DNA from: Gemmatimonadaceae bacterium
GTDB lineage: Bacteria; Gemmatimonadota; Gemmatimonadetes; Gemmatimonadales; Gemmatimonadaceae
Assembly (NCBI GenBank): GCA_031411975.1
Contig: JANOCB010000096.1
Span: forward strand, 22,971-86,970
Direction of reading: 5' to 3'
Length of the DNA stretch: 64,000 nt
Shown: one piece after another, positions 21,801 through 30,143 of the stretch
How positions within the stretch are numbered: position 1 is the first letter of the stretch
Layout of the letters: every line of letters begins with the position of its first letter
The notes under the pieces: generated by a model
Told to the model about the DNA's origin: nothing
Seen by the model: only the letters and a program-made list of their open reading frames with translations
The model's database searches: none
Made by a program: the position numbers and the translations under genes

Positions 21801-22130
21801 CTCACGCCTGCCGCCACGGAGATCGACGGGACCATTCGCGACCTGCGGCACTTCCGCGATTCGGTCCTCGCACGACCGCTGGCCGGCCTCGGCTATCGCC
21901 AGTATCCCCGCCTGCGCGAGGAAGTGCAGACGATCAGCGGCATGATCGCCCGACCGATCTGGCCCATCACCGCCGGTGAACAGCTTCGCAGTGGCGAACT
22001 GGTGGTCGAGACCGACGATGCCCAGCGCCGCCTCGATATCATCGTCCGTGACCGCGTCGGCAAGATCAACGACCTGCTCAAGGGCACACAGCACGTCATC
22101 ACCCCGAACACGCCACGAGTTGTGCAGTAG
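18843..22130 (+). CDS. Secreted sortilin/VPS10-type BNR (Asp-box) beta-propeller protein
   Basis: Signal peptide (MTRFPSRSAVPQLLLAAAGATLLGAQQ). ~1095 aa with many repeated S-x-D-x-G-x-T-W Asp-box motifs (TNGGTTF, ADGGTTWK, VNGGTTWE, RDGGKSWD, RDGGTTWT, TDYGRTWK), characteristic of the large sortilin-like proteins. Confidence 0.8.
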   Translation: MTRFPSRSAVPQLLLAAAGATLLGAQQPARGATTAPAAPSPAELLKRVSWRSVGPANNAGRISVVVGVPGDPLTYYVAGANGAIIKTTNGGTTFTPIFDEQSSGSIGAIAIAPSDPNIIYVGTGEGNPRNNASVGDGMYKSIDAGAHWTKIGLEKSDKIARVVIDSRNPDIVYACVLGREWGANPDRGVYRTADGGTTWKKVLYIDEQTACSDISADPNNSNIIYAGMYTYRRWAWHLESGSGQTSVWKSVNGGTTWERLSGPDILRGLPRKAMDRIGVAVAPSDPDIVYVISETKDEGELWRSDDAGKSWRTVNRDPNINFRPFYYADIRVDPKNPNRVFTLSGGLYFSDDGGRNFTTIARDVHGDHQAMWIDPVDPRYILEGSDGGWQVSRDGGKSWDVVNTFAFTQFYHINYDMQVPYQVCGGLQDNGNWCGASNSLSGQGNRQADWRNISGGDGFFTVPVLDKPWLVYSNSQGGMLNITDQRSGVQKTIYPYPNRVGSVGDAMLGHKYRFNWNAPIALSPQNPGIVYFGGNVVFKSKDYGLSWEVISPDLTTNDPKKQVSSGGEIVVDNTAAEFHSSLLSIAPSTLDANVIWTASDDGLVHVTRDGGTTWTKSFENVPGLKPNAWLATIEASRYDAGTAYVTADHHQDDDYAPYVFMTTDYGRTWKSIRGDLPERAWWTHVIREDPKNRNLLYVGTEAGVWASWNRGVNWVSLRGALPITPVRDMQIHPRDNDLILATHGRGLYILDDLTPLQNLTAAQTADAELFDIRPSIRWNIWNRDGNLGQRRYAGENPPNGAMISYFLKSQPTGEVNIEVATASGAVVRRFRRVPDDAGVNRITWDLRYEAPAGGGLGGRGNRGAAGPAVAPDTSLKGLRERRRAAEAERGGAGEEENFFGPSSAGVLPGTYQVTLVVNGKRYTKPVTVQNDPRIEMTAAQVAQQHDAAKAIEATQLRVSRVVAGVDDLLRQLTGVQTTLRSARNEALTPAATEIDGTIRDLRHFRDSVLARPLAGLGYRQYPRLREEVQTISGMIARPIWPITAGEQLRSGELVVETDDAQRRLDIIVRDRVGKINDLLKGTQHVITPNTPRVVQ

Positions 22131-22145
22131 GACTTGAACGGCCGG

Positions 22146-22274
22146 CTCACACGGAGGCACGGAGCCGCAGCGATGACCGAGAGCACTGCTGTGGGAACTG
22201 CGCGCGACCGGCGCAGGGTTGTTCCCCGTCAGTCTTTCTCATCGTTTCTCTGCGGCTCCGTGTCTCCGTGTGAG
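22146..22274. repeat. Palindromic intergenic repeat element, copy A (REP/MITE-like)
   Basis: Terminal inverted repeats CTCACACGGAGGCACGGAGCCGCAG … CTGCGGCTCCGTGTCTCCGTGTGAG (24/25 complementary), ~80 bp apart, with an internal nested palindrome GGGAAC…GTTCCC. Lies between the convergent sortilin-like gene and fabZ. Homologous to the copy at 58788..58928. Confidence 0.5.
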
Positions 22275-22323
22275 ACTGGTTGCCGTTCTCTGTGGTGTTG
22301 ATGCCGCGCTACACGAGAAGCGT

Positions 22324-22803
22324 TCAGCCCAGCGCGGCCCGCTCACGGGCGTCGGCCACGCGCATGATCGTCGTCAGGTCAGCCCGTACCACGTCCACCG
22401 AGCCCACGCGTGCGATGCCACGCGTCTTGCAGACGCCGCGCTTGAACTGCTGCAGCTCGATCGTCAGGTCGAGCACGTCGCCCGGCGCGGCGCGGCCGCG
22501 GAACCGCACGTTGGTGATGCCCAGGAAGTAGCCCACTGCGCCGGCGCTGCCATCGATGAGCGTCACCAGCACCGCCGCCGAGAGCTGCGCGAGCGCCTCG
22601 ACGATCAGCAGATGCGGCATTTCGAGCGCGGCGGCATCACGGGTCGAGCCGATGCTGCTCCATTCGTTGCCCGTCACCGTCTTCACACCGGTCGCGCGCT
22701 TGCCCGGCTCCACGCTGGTGATGCGATCCACCAGCAGCAGCGGGAATCGGTGCGGGAGCAGCGTGAGCGGCTCGATCGATGCGGGCGACACGGGTGACGT
22801 CAT
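22324..22803 (-). CDS. fabZ: 3-hydroxyacyl-[ACP] dehydratase
   Basis: LPHRFPLLLVDRI…G…E…H hot-dog fold signature of FabZ. 159 aa. Confidence 0.85.
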   Translation of the reverse strand: MTSPVSPASIEPLTLLPHRFPLLLVDRITSVEPGKRATGVKTVTGNEWSSIGSTRDAAALEMPHLLIVEALAQLSAAVLVTLIDGSAGAVGYFLGITNVRFRGRAAPGDVLDLTIELQQFKRGVCKTRGIARVGSVDVVRADLTTIMRVADARERAALG

Positions 22804-22909
22804 CCCGACAATCTACCCGCCGAGAGGCAGCGCAAGCAGCGGGATGAGTGCCCACCAATCGATCCGCCCCGGGAAAAGAATCCTCTGCACGAGGCCGATA
22901 CTTCATCCG

Positions 22910-24688
22910 ATGACGATTGCGAGGCCGGTGCCCACCAGCACGCCACCACTCCCGCCGGATCCGTTCGACCGTGCGACCACCGACGGCGTGGTTGATCAGT
23001 CGCCCGTGCGTGTTCGTCTCGCACGCATTCTCGCTGGCCGCGATTTCCCCGCACTCTCGCAGCAGATCGCCGACACGATCACGGCCCTCGACGACAACGC
23101 CGGCTCGATGCAGCGGCTGACGAACATCGTCCTGCGCGAGTACAGCCTCACGCTGAGCGTCGTCCGCACCGCCAACAGCGCACAATACCGGCGCGCCGAC
23201 AAGCAGATCCAGAGCGTGACCCGCGCCATGATGCTCCTCGGTGCCCGAACGGTCCGGCAGCTGGCAAGCAGCCTGCTGCTGTTCGAGAACTACCGGAAGC
23301 ACTCCGCCGGGCTGAAGGAGCTGATGCTCCTCTCACTGATCACGGCGAACCACGCCCGCGCGATTGCACTCCGCCTTGGTATCATCGATCCCGAGGAGGC
23401 ACATCTCAGCGGCATGTGCCGTAACCTCGGCGAGGTGCTCGTGGCCTGCCACTTTCCGGTGGACTACGCCCGCATCCACACCCTCGTGCGCGAGCGCAAG
23501 CACCACGAGGCCAGCGCCGCACTCGCCGTGCTGGGATTCCGCTACGAGGAACTGGGCCAGGCCCTGTGCCGGCACTGGGGCATGCCGGAAGCCGTCGCCG
23601 AGAGCATGCAGAGTCGTGTCAGCAAGGCGAGTTCGCAGGTGAGCGCGGTGACCGCGTTCGCGCACGACCTCACGTCGATCATGTACCGGCGCGACGTCGA
23701 TTCAGGTGATGCGCGCAAGGATCTCGATGCCGTCGTCGCGCGGCATGCAAACCGAATCCGGCTCACGCGTGCACAGGTGGCCGAGGTGGTGGCGGTGGCG
23801 CTCGAGGAGACGCGCGAGCTCTTCCTGACGGCAAACGTGCACATCGACGCACTGCGCATGAAGCAGCTCTCCGAGGCTGCCTGCACCGCGCTCGGTGTGA
23901 CCGCACTGGGCAATGCCGTCTGGGACGAGACGCAGGATGACGCCAGCGCCGCACGACTCGCGCCGCTGCGCGAGCGGTTGCGTCAGGATCTCGAAAGCAA
24001 GGTGGACCCGGCAGCTGGGGTCGATCTCGGTCAGTTGTTGCTGCTCGCGCTCGAAGGTGCGTTGCGCGGTACACCGTTCGATCGCGTGGTGGCCTGCGTT
24101 CTGAGCCCCGATCGTACCCGCCTCCGCGCCCGTTCCGGCCTGGGATTCGGCATGGAGCGGTTGCTGGTGGAGTTCGATTTCCCGATGACACCACAGGGTG
24201 GCGCCATTCCCGCCGCGCTGCTGCAGGGTAAAGCGGTCTACGTGCCCGGTGACCGCGCGATGACCGTGCTCGAACAGCGCCTCGCCGGCAAACTCGGCAT
24301 CGCGCAATTCGGCCTCTTCCCGATCATCGTCGACGGACAGATCGTCGCCTGCCTCTATGGCGACCGGGCGGTGCGGGAGCCGTTGCCGGATGCCGAGGCG
24401 CTCGAGCACGTGAATGGCCTCATCTCGCTCGTCGTACGTGCGATCGAATTGCGCCGGAAGACTGGTGCAGCGTCCACCCCTGCGTCCACGCCGCCGGTCC
24501 CGCCCGGCGAAGACCCACGACTGACAGCAGAAGCCAAGGCCAACCTGGTGATGCGCCTGCTCAGGGGTGAGTCACTCGCCATGGTCGCGGAGAGCAGCGG
24601 CGTCAGCGCCGTGACACTCGAACTCTGGCGCACCGAGTTCCTCGCCGGTGCCATGGCGCGACTTGGCGCGACGGGTACGAGCAGCTGA
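22910..24688 (+). CDS. Signal-transduction protein: HDOD domain + GAF-like domain + C-terminal helix-turn-helix
   Basis: The N-terminal region (SQQIADTITALDDNAGSMQRLTNIVLREYSLTLSVVRTANSAQYRR…VTRAMMLLGARTVRQLA) matches the HDOD architecture. The middle has a GAF-like fold (…LQGKAVYVPGD…FPIIVDGQIVACLYGD). The C-terminus is a transposase-type HTH (LLRGESLAMVAESSGVSAVTLELWRTEF). The ORF track begins at 22556 and overlaps fabZ; 22910 (or 22847) is preferred. Confidence 0.6.
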   Translation: MTIARPVPTSTPPLPPDPFDRATTDGVVDQSPVRVRLARILAGRDFPALSQQIADTITALDDNAGSMQRLTNIVLREYSLTLSVVRTANSAQYRRADKQIQSVTRAMMLLGARTVRQLASSLLLFENYRKHSAGLKELMLLSLITANHARAIALRLGIIDPEEAHLSGMCRNLGEVLVACHFPVDYARIHTLVRERKHHEASAALAVLGFRYEELGQALCRHWGMPEAVAESMQSRVSKASSQVSAVTAFAHDLTSIMYRRDVDSGDARKDLDAVVARHANRIRLTRAQVAEVVAVALEETRELFLTANVHIDALRMKQLSEAACTALGVTALGNAVWDETQDDASAARLAPLRERLRQDLESKVDPAAGVDLGQLLLLALEGALRGTPFDRVVACVLSPDRTRLRARSGLGFGMERLLVEFDFPMTPQGGAIPAALLQGKAVYVPGDRAMTVLEQRLAGKLGIAQFGLFPIIVDGQIVACLYGDRAVREPLPDAEALEHVNGLISLVVRAIELRRKTGAASTPASTPPVPPGEDPRLTAEAKANLVMRLLRGESLAMVAESSGVSAVTLELWRTEFLAGAMARLGATGTSS

Positions 24689-24702
24689 AAGGCTGAACGC
24701 CA

Positions 24703-24750
24703 ATGACGGCCGCGCGAGCCGGCGTCAACGCCGACCCGCGCGGCCGTCAT
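24703..24750. terminator. Perfect 14-bp inverted repeat at a convergent junction (bidirectional terminator candidate)
   Basis: ATGACGGCCGCGCG-(20 nt loop containing GGCGT-CA-ACGCC)-CGCGCGGCCGTCAT. Lies between the HDOD regulator (+) and the SGNH lipoprotein (-). Confidence 0.5.
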
Positions 24751-24760
24751 ACCCGGACCG

Positions 24761-26029
24761 TCAGCGCTGCGCGATCAGTCCCTGGATCTCCGGGATCGTC
24801 GTCCGGTAGCGGAGATTGATCGCCCGCGCCGCCGCCCTGGCCAGCACTGCGTGCCCTGCCTCACTCGGGTGAATCCCGTCGAGGCTCAGGTAGACACCGT
24901 ACGGCAGCGGCGAGCCGAGCAATGCCTGCGTACTGTAGGTCGGCTTCACGTCCGAGCGCCCGTACAGCGCGTTCAGCGCCATGTAGGCGAACCCGATCCG
25001 CTCCGCCTCGGACTCGATGTGTGCGTTCATCGCGGCGAGCTGCGTGTTGATCAGGCTGGCGTCCGCCGGGGTGAGCACGTAGTCCTGCGTGCCGGGAATG
25101 TCGGCGCAGGAGAACGGGAACGCGCCCAGTCCGCGCGCCCTGTACACCGCAGCCGTCCCGACCGCCGTGGGAATGCGCACGGCGACGAAGTGCAGGTTCT
25201 GATCGCCGTCACAGTTGGCGTTGACCGCCACGTTGAGGGCGGCCAGAACGAAACGATCCGCCCAGAGCTCCGATCCGCGGCGGAAACTCGGGAAGGCAGC
25301 CACGTCGTCCACGAGGCCGACGAGGATGCCGCGCTTCACCTCGCCTGCGACCGCGTCGGCGATCTGCGTGAACACAGGCCTCCACGCAGCGACTGGCACC
25401 ATGGTCAGGCCGGGCACGGCAAGGCCACTGCGTGCACCGAGCACTTCGTTTCCGCCAAGCTCGACCGAGATGAACTTCGGCTTCTGGGCGAGTGCCGCTT
25501 GCAGCTGGGTCGTTCCCGGCTGGAGCACGCGGGTGTACATCGGCCCGTACTCCGTTCCTGCCTTCGACTCCGGTGTCGCGTTCACGACGTCGGACGTACG
25601 CGCGGCGACGATGGAGACATTCTGCGCGGGCAGGGTGATTCCATCTTCGTTCAGGGCGCACGAGAGCGTCAATGGATTCGCCCCGGCCCCTTCGCCGGAG
25701 AGACGGACTCCACTGCCGAGCGGTGCCATGAGTGGCGAGCGGCAGCCGGGCGACGCGATCAGCGGTGCCGACTGCTGGCGTCCCGCCAGACGTGCGAGCT
25801 GGCTGGTCCAGCCCTGCGCCTGTGCGGTCCCGGTGACACCGTCGCTCTGCCAGCCCATGCTGATACTGGTCCCGATCGAGACGAAGCGGTGGAACATCCC
25901 TTCTTCGTCGACGTCGGCACTGGCGCTCAGTGCCGGGCCGGTCGCCAGTGACGGGCTGGTGGCGTCGTCGCAGGCGGCGAGGCCGACGACGAGGGTGGAC
26001 AGCGTCAGGATGCGTGTGACGGATGACAT
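24761..26029 (-). CDS. SGNH/GDSL-family hydrolase lipoprotein
   Basis: Lipobox (LSTLVVGLAAC|DD). N-terminal block FVSIGTSISMG (GDS(L)-like block I) and C-terminal DGIHPSEAGH (block V, DxxH) of SGNH hydrolases. Confidence 0.6.
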   Translation of the reverse strand: MSSVTRILTLSTLVVGLAACDDATSPSLATGPALSASADVDEEGMFHRFVSIGTSISMGWQSDGVTGTAQAQGWTSQLARLAGRQQSAPLIASPGCRSPLMAPLGSGVRLSGEGAGANPLTLSCALNEDGITLPAQNVSIVAARTSDVVNATPESKAGTEYGPMYTRVLQPGTTQLQAALAQKPKFISVELGGNEVLGARSGLAVPGLTMVPVAAWRPVFTQIADAVAGEVKRGILVGLVDDVAAFPSFRRGSELWADRFVLAALNVAVNANCDGDQNLHFVAVRIPTAVGTAAVYRARGLGAFPFSCADIPGTQDYVLTPADASLINTQLAAMNAHIESEAERIGFAYMALNALYGRSDVKPTYSTQALLGSPLPYGVYLSLDGIHPSEAGHAVLARAAARAINLRYRTTIPEIQGLIAQR

Positions 26030-26050
26030 CTCTTCCTCCTTGCGATGGAT

Positions 26051-26073
26051 GGTGCGCGGTGAGTCCGCGCACC
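26051..26073. terminator. Short GC hairpin
   Basis: GGTGCGCGG-TGAGT-CCGCGCACC is a perfect 9-bp stem. A second hairpin follows (CCTCCCG…CGGGAGG). Confidence 0.3.
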
Positions 26074-26259
26074 ATCACAGTCGCGCACCGACCAGAGACG
26101 CCCCATCCGTCAGATGACGTAGTGGGGGGTGGCACGTGACGTAGGAGGGCCTTCCCGACAACTCACATCCGTACTCCCTCCCGCGCGAAGACCGTGAGAC
26201 GGGAGGTCCGGTGCCTCACCTCGCCAGCCGCAGGCGAGGACGACGCCGCGTTCGCAAGC

Positions 26260-27021
26260 TCAGCGCGAACCGCCGACGACGCCGCATGCGATGCGTGCGC
26301 CGCTGTTACCTGACGGATCGGTGCGCTGGTCGTCGGCTGCCGTATGAATCACCAGTGTTGCGCCATCGCTGTCGATCACCATGTTCGTGCCGCGCAGAGA
26401 GCCGCCGCGCGTCACGACGAGGATGCTTGCCGAGCTGTCCGCACCGACGGTGATGTTGTTCAGGTCACCGAGATGTGGGCCCTGCTTATTGTCGGTGCCG
26501 TGCTGCTTGCTGGTCGGATTCCAGTGCTCGCCGGCTGTGTCGAACGTCGGCGCATCGCACCGACCCACCATGTGCAGGTGAATCCCGTGTGAGCCGGGCG
26601 CGAGGCCGCGCAGCGTACCCGAGATCGACAACACCTGTGCGGCTTCGGTGATGTTCAGCGAGCCCAGATCGCGACCGCTCGACGACTTCATGGCGACCGT
26701 CGTGCGCATGTTGCCGCCGATCGAGTCCATCGTGGTACGCGTTGCAGCGACGGTGGAGTCTGCCGCTGAGCGAGCCGAGCTGGTAACGGTATCTGCCGTG
26801 CGTCGCGTGGCGTCGAGGATCGAGTCACGCGTGCGCCGAATGGCTGCGGTGGCAGAGTCGGTCGAGTTACGACCGCCCAGCGAGTCGCGCCTGATCGAGT
26901 CGGTGCGTGACGCGAAGGTCGAGTCGCCGGGAGCAGGCGACTGAGTGGAGTTGGGTCCGGCGGTACTGCAGGCAGCGAGGAGTGCAATGGCACTCGCGCC
27001 GACCAGATGTGTGTTGCGCAT
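26260..27021 (-). CDS. sodC: Cu/Zn superoxide dismutase, lipoprotein form
   Basis: Lipobox (ASAIALLAAC|ST). A Ser/Thr/Arg/Asp-rich linker, then the SodC metal-binding core (HGIHLHMVGRCD…GEHWNP…GPHLGDLNNI…HTAADDQRTDPSGNSGARIACGVV). Confidence 0.85.
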   Translation of the reverse strand: MRNTHLVGASAIALLAACSTAGPNSTQSPAPGDSTFASRTDSIRRDSLGGRNSTDSATAAIRRTRDSILDATRRTADTVTSSARSAADSTVAATRTTMDSIGGNMRTTVAMKSSSGRDLGSLNITEAAQVLSISGTLRGLAPGSHGIHLHMVGRCDAPTFDTAGEHWNPTSKQHGTDNKQGPHLGDLNNITVGADSSASILVVTRGGSLRGTNMVIDSDGATLVIHTAADDQRTDPSGNSGARIACGVVGGSR

Positions 27022-27199
27022 GTGAGCTCCAGACGGACGACAGCGGAGCACATCACATGCGCCGCGCGTCATCACGCCGATACGTGTGATGATGGCACAG
27101 TTGTGCGAAGCATGTTTGCGAGAACCGTACCACGAGTGGCACCGAGCGAACTGGTCCTGGGGCAGCATCGGGGGTGTCCATGCCGACAGTGACGGGCGC

Positions 27200-27745
27200 T
27201 CACTCGAACACCGCGCGCAGTGCACAGGCGAACCCGGGGAGCACGTCCCCCGCCGTCAGCACACCGTCGTCCGCCACCGCGAGTTCGCTGCCGTCTGCGA
27301 AGAAGATCGTCGCTCGCCGCTGCTTCGGTTCGATGAACCACGCCACTCGAACTCCCGCCTCAATCCAGTCGTGCATCTTGGCGACGACGGCCTTCCGGCG
27401 ATCGCTGGGGGACATGATCTCCGCCACCAGATCAGGCACGATGGCCGGGTAGCGATCCTCATCACGGCTCGGGAGACGATCGGCGCGGATGAAGGCGAGA
27501 TCAGGCGCGAGCACCGTGTCCGGGTCACGGGCGATGGGGAATCCCGTATCCTGCCCAAACACGAAGCCCAGACGCTTCGCGCGGGCGTAGTTCGCGACGA
27601 ACAAACACAGATTCGCGGCATAGAGCCCATGCCACAGCCTCGGAGGCTCTCGCACGATCATCCGCCCCCGCACCAGCTCGGTGTCCTTGTCCGGCGGCTG
27701 CCATTCAAAAAACTCGTCTGCAGTGAGCAAAGGCACTGGAGGCAT
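27200..27745 (-). CDS. Uma2-family endonuclease (DUF820, PD-(D/E)xK fold)
   Basis: PLLTADEFFEW…E…D…E-x-K arrangement typical of Uma2/DUF820 'putative restriction endonuclease' proteins. 181 aa from the ATG at 27745. Confidence 0.7.
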   Translation of the reverse strand: MPPVPLLTADEFFEWQPPDKDTELVRGRMIVREPPRLWHGLYAANLCLFVANYARAKRLGFVFGQDTGFPIARDPDTVLAPDLAFIRADRLPSRDEDRYPAIVPDLVAEIMSPSDRRKAVVAKMHDWIEAGVRVAWFIEPKQRRATIFFADGSELAVADDGVLTAGDVLPGFACALRAVFE

Positions 27746-27844
27746 GGAATGCTCCGAAGCTGAAAGTGGCACCGTGTGAACCCGCCACACGATGCCACCC
27801 TGTCGCGCAAGATGCGTCACCATTTTCACGCACCCGACATCAGA

Positions 27845-28780
27845 TCACCCCTGCGCGAGCACCGGCGTCAACCAGCCAAAGGTGTCGTCCGCACGACCGT
27901 TCGCGATGTCGAGAAAGGCCGTCTGCACATGCTTCGTCACCGGCCCCACCTTGCCCGCGCCCACTTTGATGCGGTCCACGCTGCGGACCGGCGTCAGTTC
28001 CGCCGCGGTGCCGGTGAAGAACACCTCGTCGGCCATGTACAGCATCTCCCGCGGAATCGTCTGCTCGCGCACCGGTATCCCCTCGCGCTGTGCGATGGCG
28101 ATGATGCTCGCACGCGTGATGCCACCCAGCAGCGACCCATCCAGTGGCGTCGTGATCAGCGCGCCCTCCGACACCAGGAACACGTTCTGGCCCGATCCCT
28201 CACTCACGGTGCCATTCGTGTTGAGTGCGATCCCTTCCGCGAACCCGTTGGACAGCGCTTCCATCTTGATCAGCTGTCCACCGAGGTAGTTGCCCGCCAC
28301 CTTGGCCAGCGACGGGATCGTGTTCGGTGCGAAGCGGTGCCAGGTCGACACGCACACATCAACGCCCTGCTCCAGCGCCTCGTCGCCGAGGTAGGCACCC
28401 CACGGCCAGCAGGGCAGGTACACCTCGATCGGGCTGGCGAACGGCACCATGCCTGCCGCGCCGTAGCCACGCACCACCATCGGGCGCAGGTAGCACGAGT
28501 CGAGCTCGTTCTTCACTACCAGCGCGCAGCACGCCGCACTGAGTTCATCCAGCGAGTACGGCAGCTCCATGCGGTAGATCTTCACGGAGTTGAACAGTCG
28601 CTGCAGATGCTCACGCAGGCGAAAAATCGCCGGACCGTTCGGCGTGTGATAGCAGCGGATTCCTTCGAACGCCGAGGAGCCGAACTGCATCGAGTGGGCG
28701 AGCACGTGCACCTGCGCGTCGTTCCAGGGGATGAATGCCCCGTCGCGCCAGATCCACTCGGTGGCCGCAATCTGACTCAT
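27845..28780 (-). CDS. ilvE: Branched-chain amino acid aminotransferase (PLP fold type IV)
   Basis: …GIRCYHTPNGPAIFRLREHLQRL…EGSGQNVFLV…EVFFTGTAAELTPV…: IlvE class IV aminotransferase blocks. 311 aa from the ATG verified at 28780. Confidence 0.85.
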   Translation of the reverse strand: MSQIAATEWIWRDGAFIPWNDAQVHVLAHSMQFGSSAFEGIRCYHTPNGPAIFRLREHLQRLFNSVKIYRMELPYSLDELSAACCALVVKNELDSCYLRPMVVRGYGAAGMVPFASPIEVYLPCWPWGAYLGDEALEQGVDVCVSTWHRFAPNTIPSLAKVAGNYLGGQLIKMEALSNGFAEGIALNTNGTVSEGSGQNVFLVSEGALITTPLDGSLLGGITRASIIAIAQREGIPVREQTIPREMLYMADEVFFTGTAAELTPVRSVDRIKVGAGKVGPVTKHVQTAFLDIANGRADDTFGWLTPVLAQG

Positions 28781-28812
28781 GATGTCGTCTGTCTGGTGAA
28801 ATGAGATGGTCG

Positions 28813-29601
28813 TTAGAGCAGGGAATTGACGGCGCCGCCGTCCACGAGAATGGCCTGCCCGGTGATGAATGCCGCAGGCTCCGACGCCAGGAAGGCGATC
28901 GTCGCGCCGCACTCTTCGGGCTTGCCCAGCCGTCCCGCCGGCGTCTGCGCGACCCAGCCAGCGAAGACCTGGTCGGTACTCACGCCTGTGCGCTGCGAGT
29001 TGGCGGCCGCGAGGGCATCGAGCCGCTCCGTCGCCGTGAAACCGGGCAGCACCGTATTGACGGTGACGCCGTCCTTCGCCACTTCGTTCGCGAGCGTGCG
29101 CAGGTATCCCGTCACGGCTGCGCGCAGACTGTTGCTCAGCACCAGCGACGGCACCGGCTCCTTCACCGCCTTGGACGTGATGCTGAGCACGCGGCCCCAC
29201 TGTCGCTCGCGCATCCCCGGCACGAATGCGCGCGTGAGCTCCACCACACTGCGCAACAGCAGCTCACTCGCCTTCGTCCACGCCGCCCAGTCGTGTTCCA
29301 TCGCCGGCGCCGTGGGGGGGCCACCGGTGTTCGCGATCAGGATGTCCACATGCCCGTAGCGTGAATGGGTTTCCCGCACCACGGCCTCGATGCCGTCGGC
29401 CGTCGACAGATCGGCCACGATCGTCAGCACCGGCACGCCCAGTGCCTCGAGCCGCGTCGCGGCCGCGGTGATCGACGCCTCGTCACGCGAACAGATCGCC
29501 AGCGAACACCCCTCGCGCGCCAGCGCTTCCGCTGCGGCGAACGCAATCCCCTTGCTCGCGCCACACACCAGCGCGACCCTGCCGCGGATGCCGAAATCCA
29601 T
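28813..29601 (-). CDS. Short-chain dehydrogenase/reductase (SDR family oxidoreductase)
   Basis: Rossmann motif VCGASKGIAFAAA, and NTGG…S-x(n)-Y-x-x-x-K (SNSLRAAVTGYLRTLANE) with the catalytic Tyr/Lys. 262 aa. Confidence 0.85.
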   Translation of the reverse strand: MDFGIRGRVALVCGASKGIAFAAAEALAREGCSLAICSRDEASITAAATRLEALGVPVLTIVADLSTADGIEAVVRETHSRYGHVDILIANTGGPPTAPAMEHDWAAWTKASELLLRSVVELTRAFVPGMRERQWGRVLSITSKAVKEPVPSLVLSNSLRAAVTGYLRTLANEVAKDGVTVNTVLPGFTATERLDALAAANSQRTGVSTDQVFAGWVAQTPAGRLGKPEECGATIAFLASEPAAFITGQAILVDGGAVNSLL

Positions 29602-29603
29602 GA

Positions 29604-29990
29604 CTACTTCGACCCGCTGCGGATGTAGGCGTCGGTGCCGTCGAGCCAGTCCTGCCGCGGCGGATTGAACACATCCATGTCCAGCGTGTCCTCCAGTGCT
29701 TCCGCGCGATGCCGCACCATGCTCGGGATCACCAGGACGTCGCCGGGCCGCACGTCGATGTAGGTGTCGCCGGGGTTGTCGGCATGTGCACCGATCCAGA
29801 AGCGCAGCGCGCCGGAGAGGATGTAGGTGAACTGTTCGTTGATGTGGTCGTGCGCCGGAACGATCGCCCCCTGCTTCAGGTGCACATGCGCCAGCATCAT
29901 CTTCTCTGAGGTGATCAGCTGACGGCTGATCAGCGGGGTCAGTTCCTCGACGGGAACGGTGTCCCAGGTGAGGTGACGCACGTCGGACAT
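29604..29990 (-). CDS. Cupin-domain protein
   Basis: HxH…E…H cupin metal-site pattern (PAHDHINEQFTYILSG…PSMVRH). 128 aa from the ATG. The ORF-track start at 30125 is TTG. Confidence 0.65.
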   Translation of the reverse strand: MSDVRHLTWDTVPVEELTPLISRQLITSEKMMLAHVHLKQGAIVPAHDHINEQFTYILSGALRFWIGAHADNPGDTYIDVRPGDVLVIPSMVRHRAEALEDTLDMDVFNPPRQDWLDGTDAYIRSGSK

Positions 29991-30143
29991 GAGTGGCGGA
30001 GTGAGGGTGATGCGTTCCGTGACGGTGGCCGCGCAATCTACGGGGACCGGTGGCTGGCTGCTGACGGCAGGCGAATCGCACCCACGTCGCACCACCGCAC
30101 CCTCTCTGCAACGACCGGCCACCAACCGCCTTAGATTCGCAGC

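Noticed and set aside
24355-24750. ORF starting with ATG at 24750 on the minus strand
   Set aside because: The ATG is created by the palindrome ATGACGGCCGCGCG…CGCGCGGCCGTCAT, which reads ATG from both strands. The ORF is antisense to the 3' end of the HDOD regulator.
26085-26260. Candidate small ORFs and possible riboswitch between the SGNH lipoprotein and sodC
   Set aside because: It contains only short GC hairpins and no conserved riboswitch core that I recognise. It is treated as promoter/terminator spacer.
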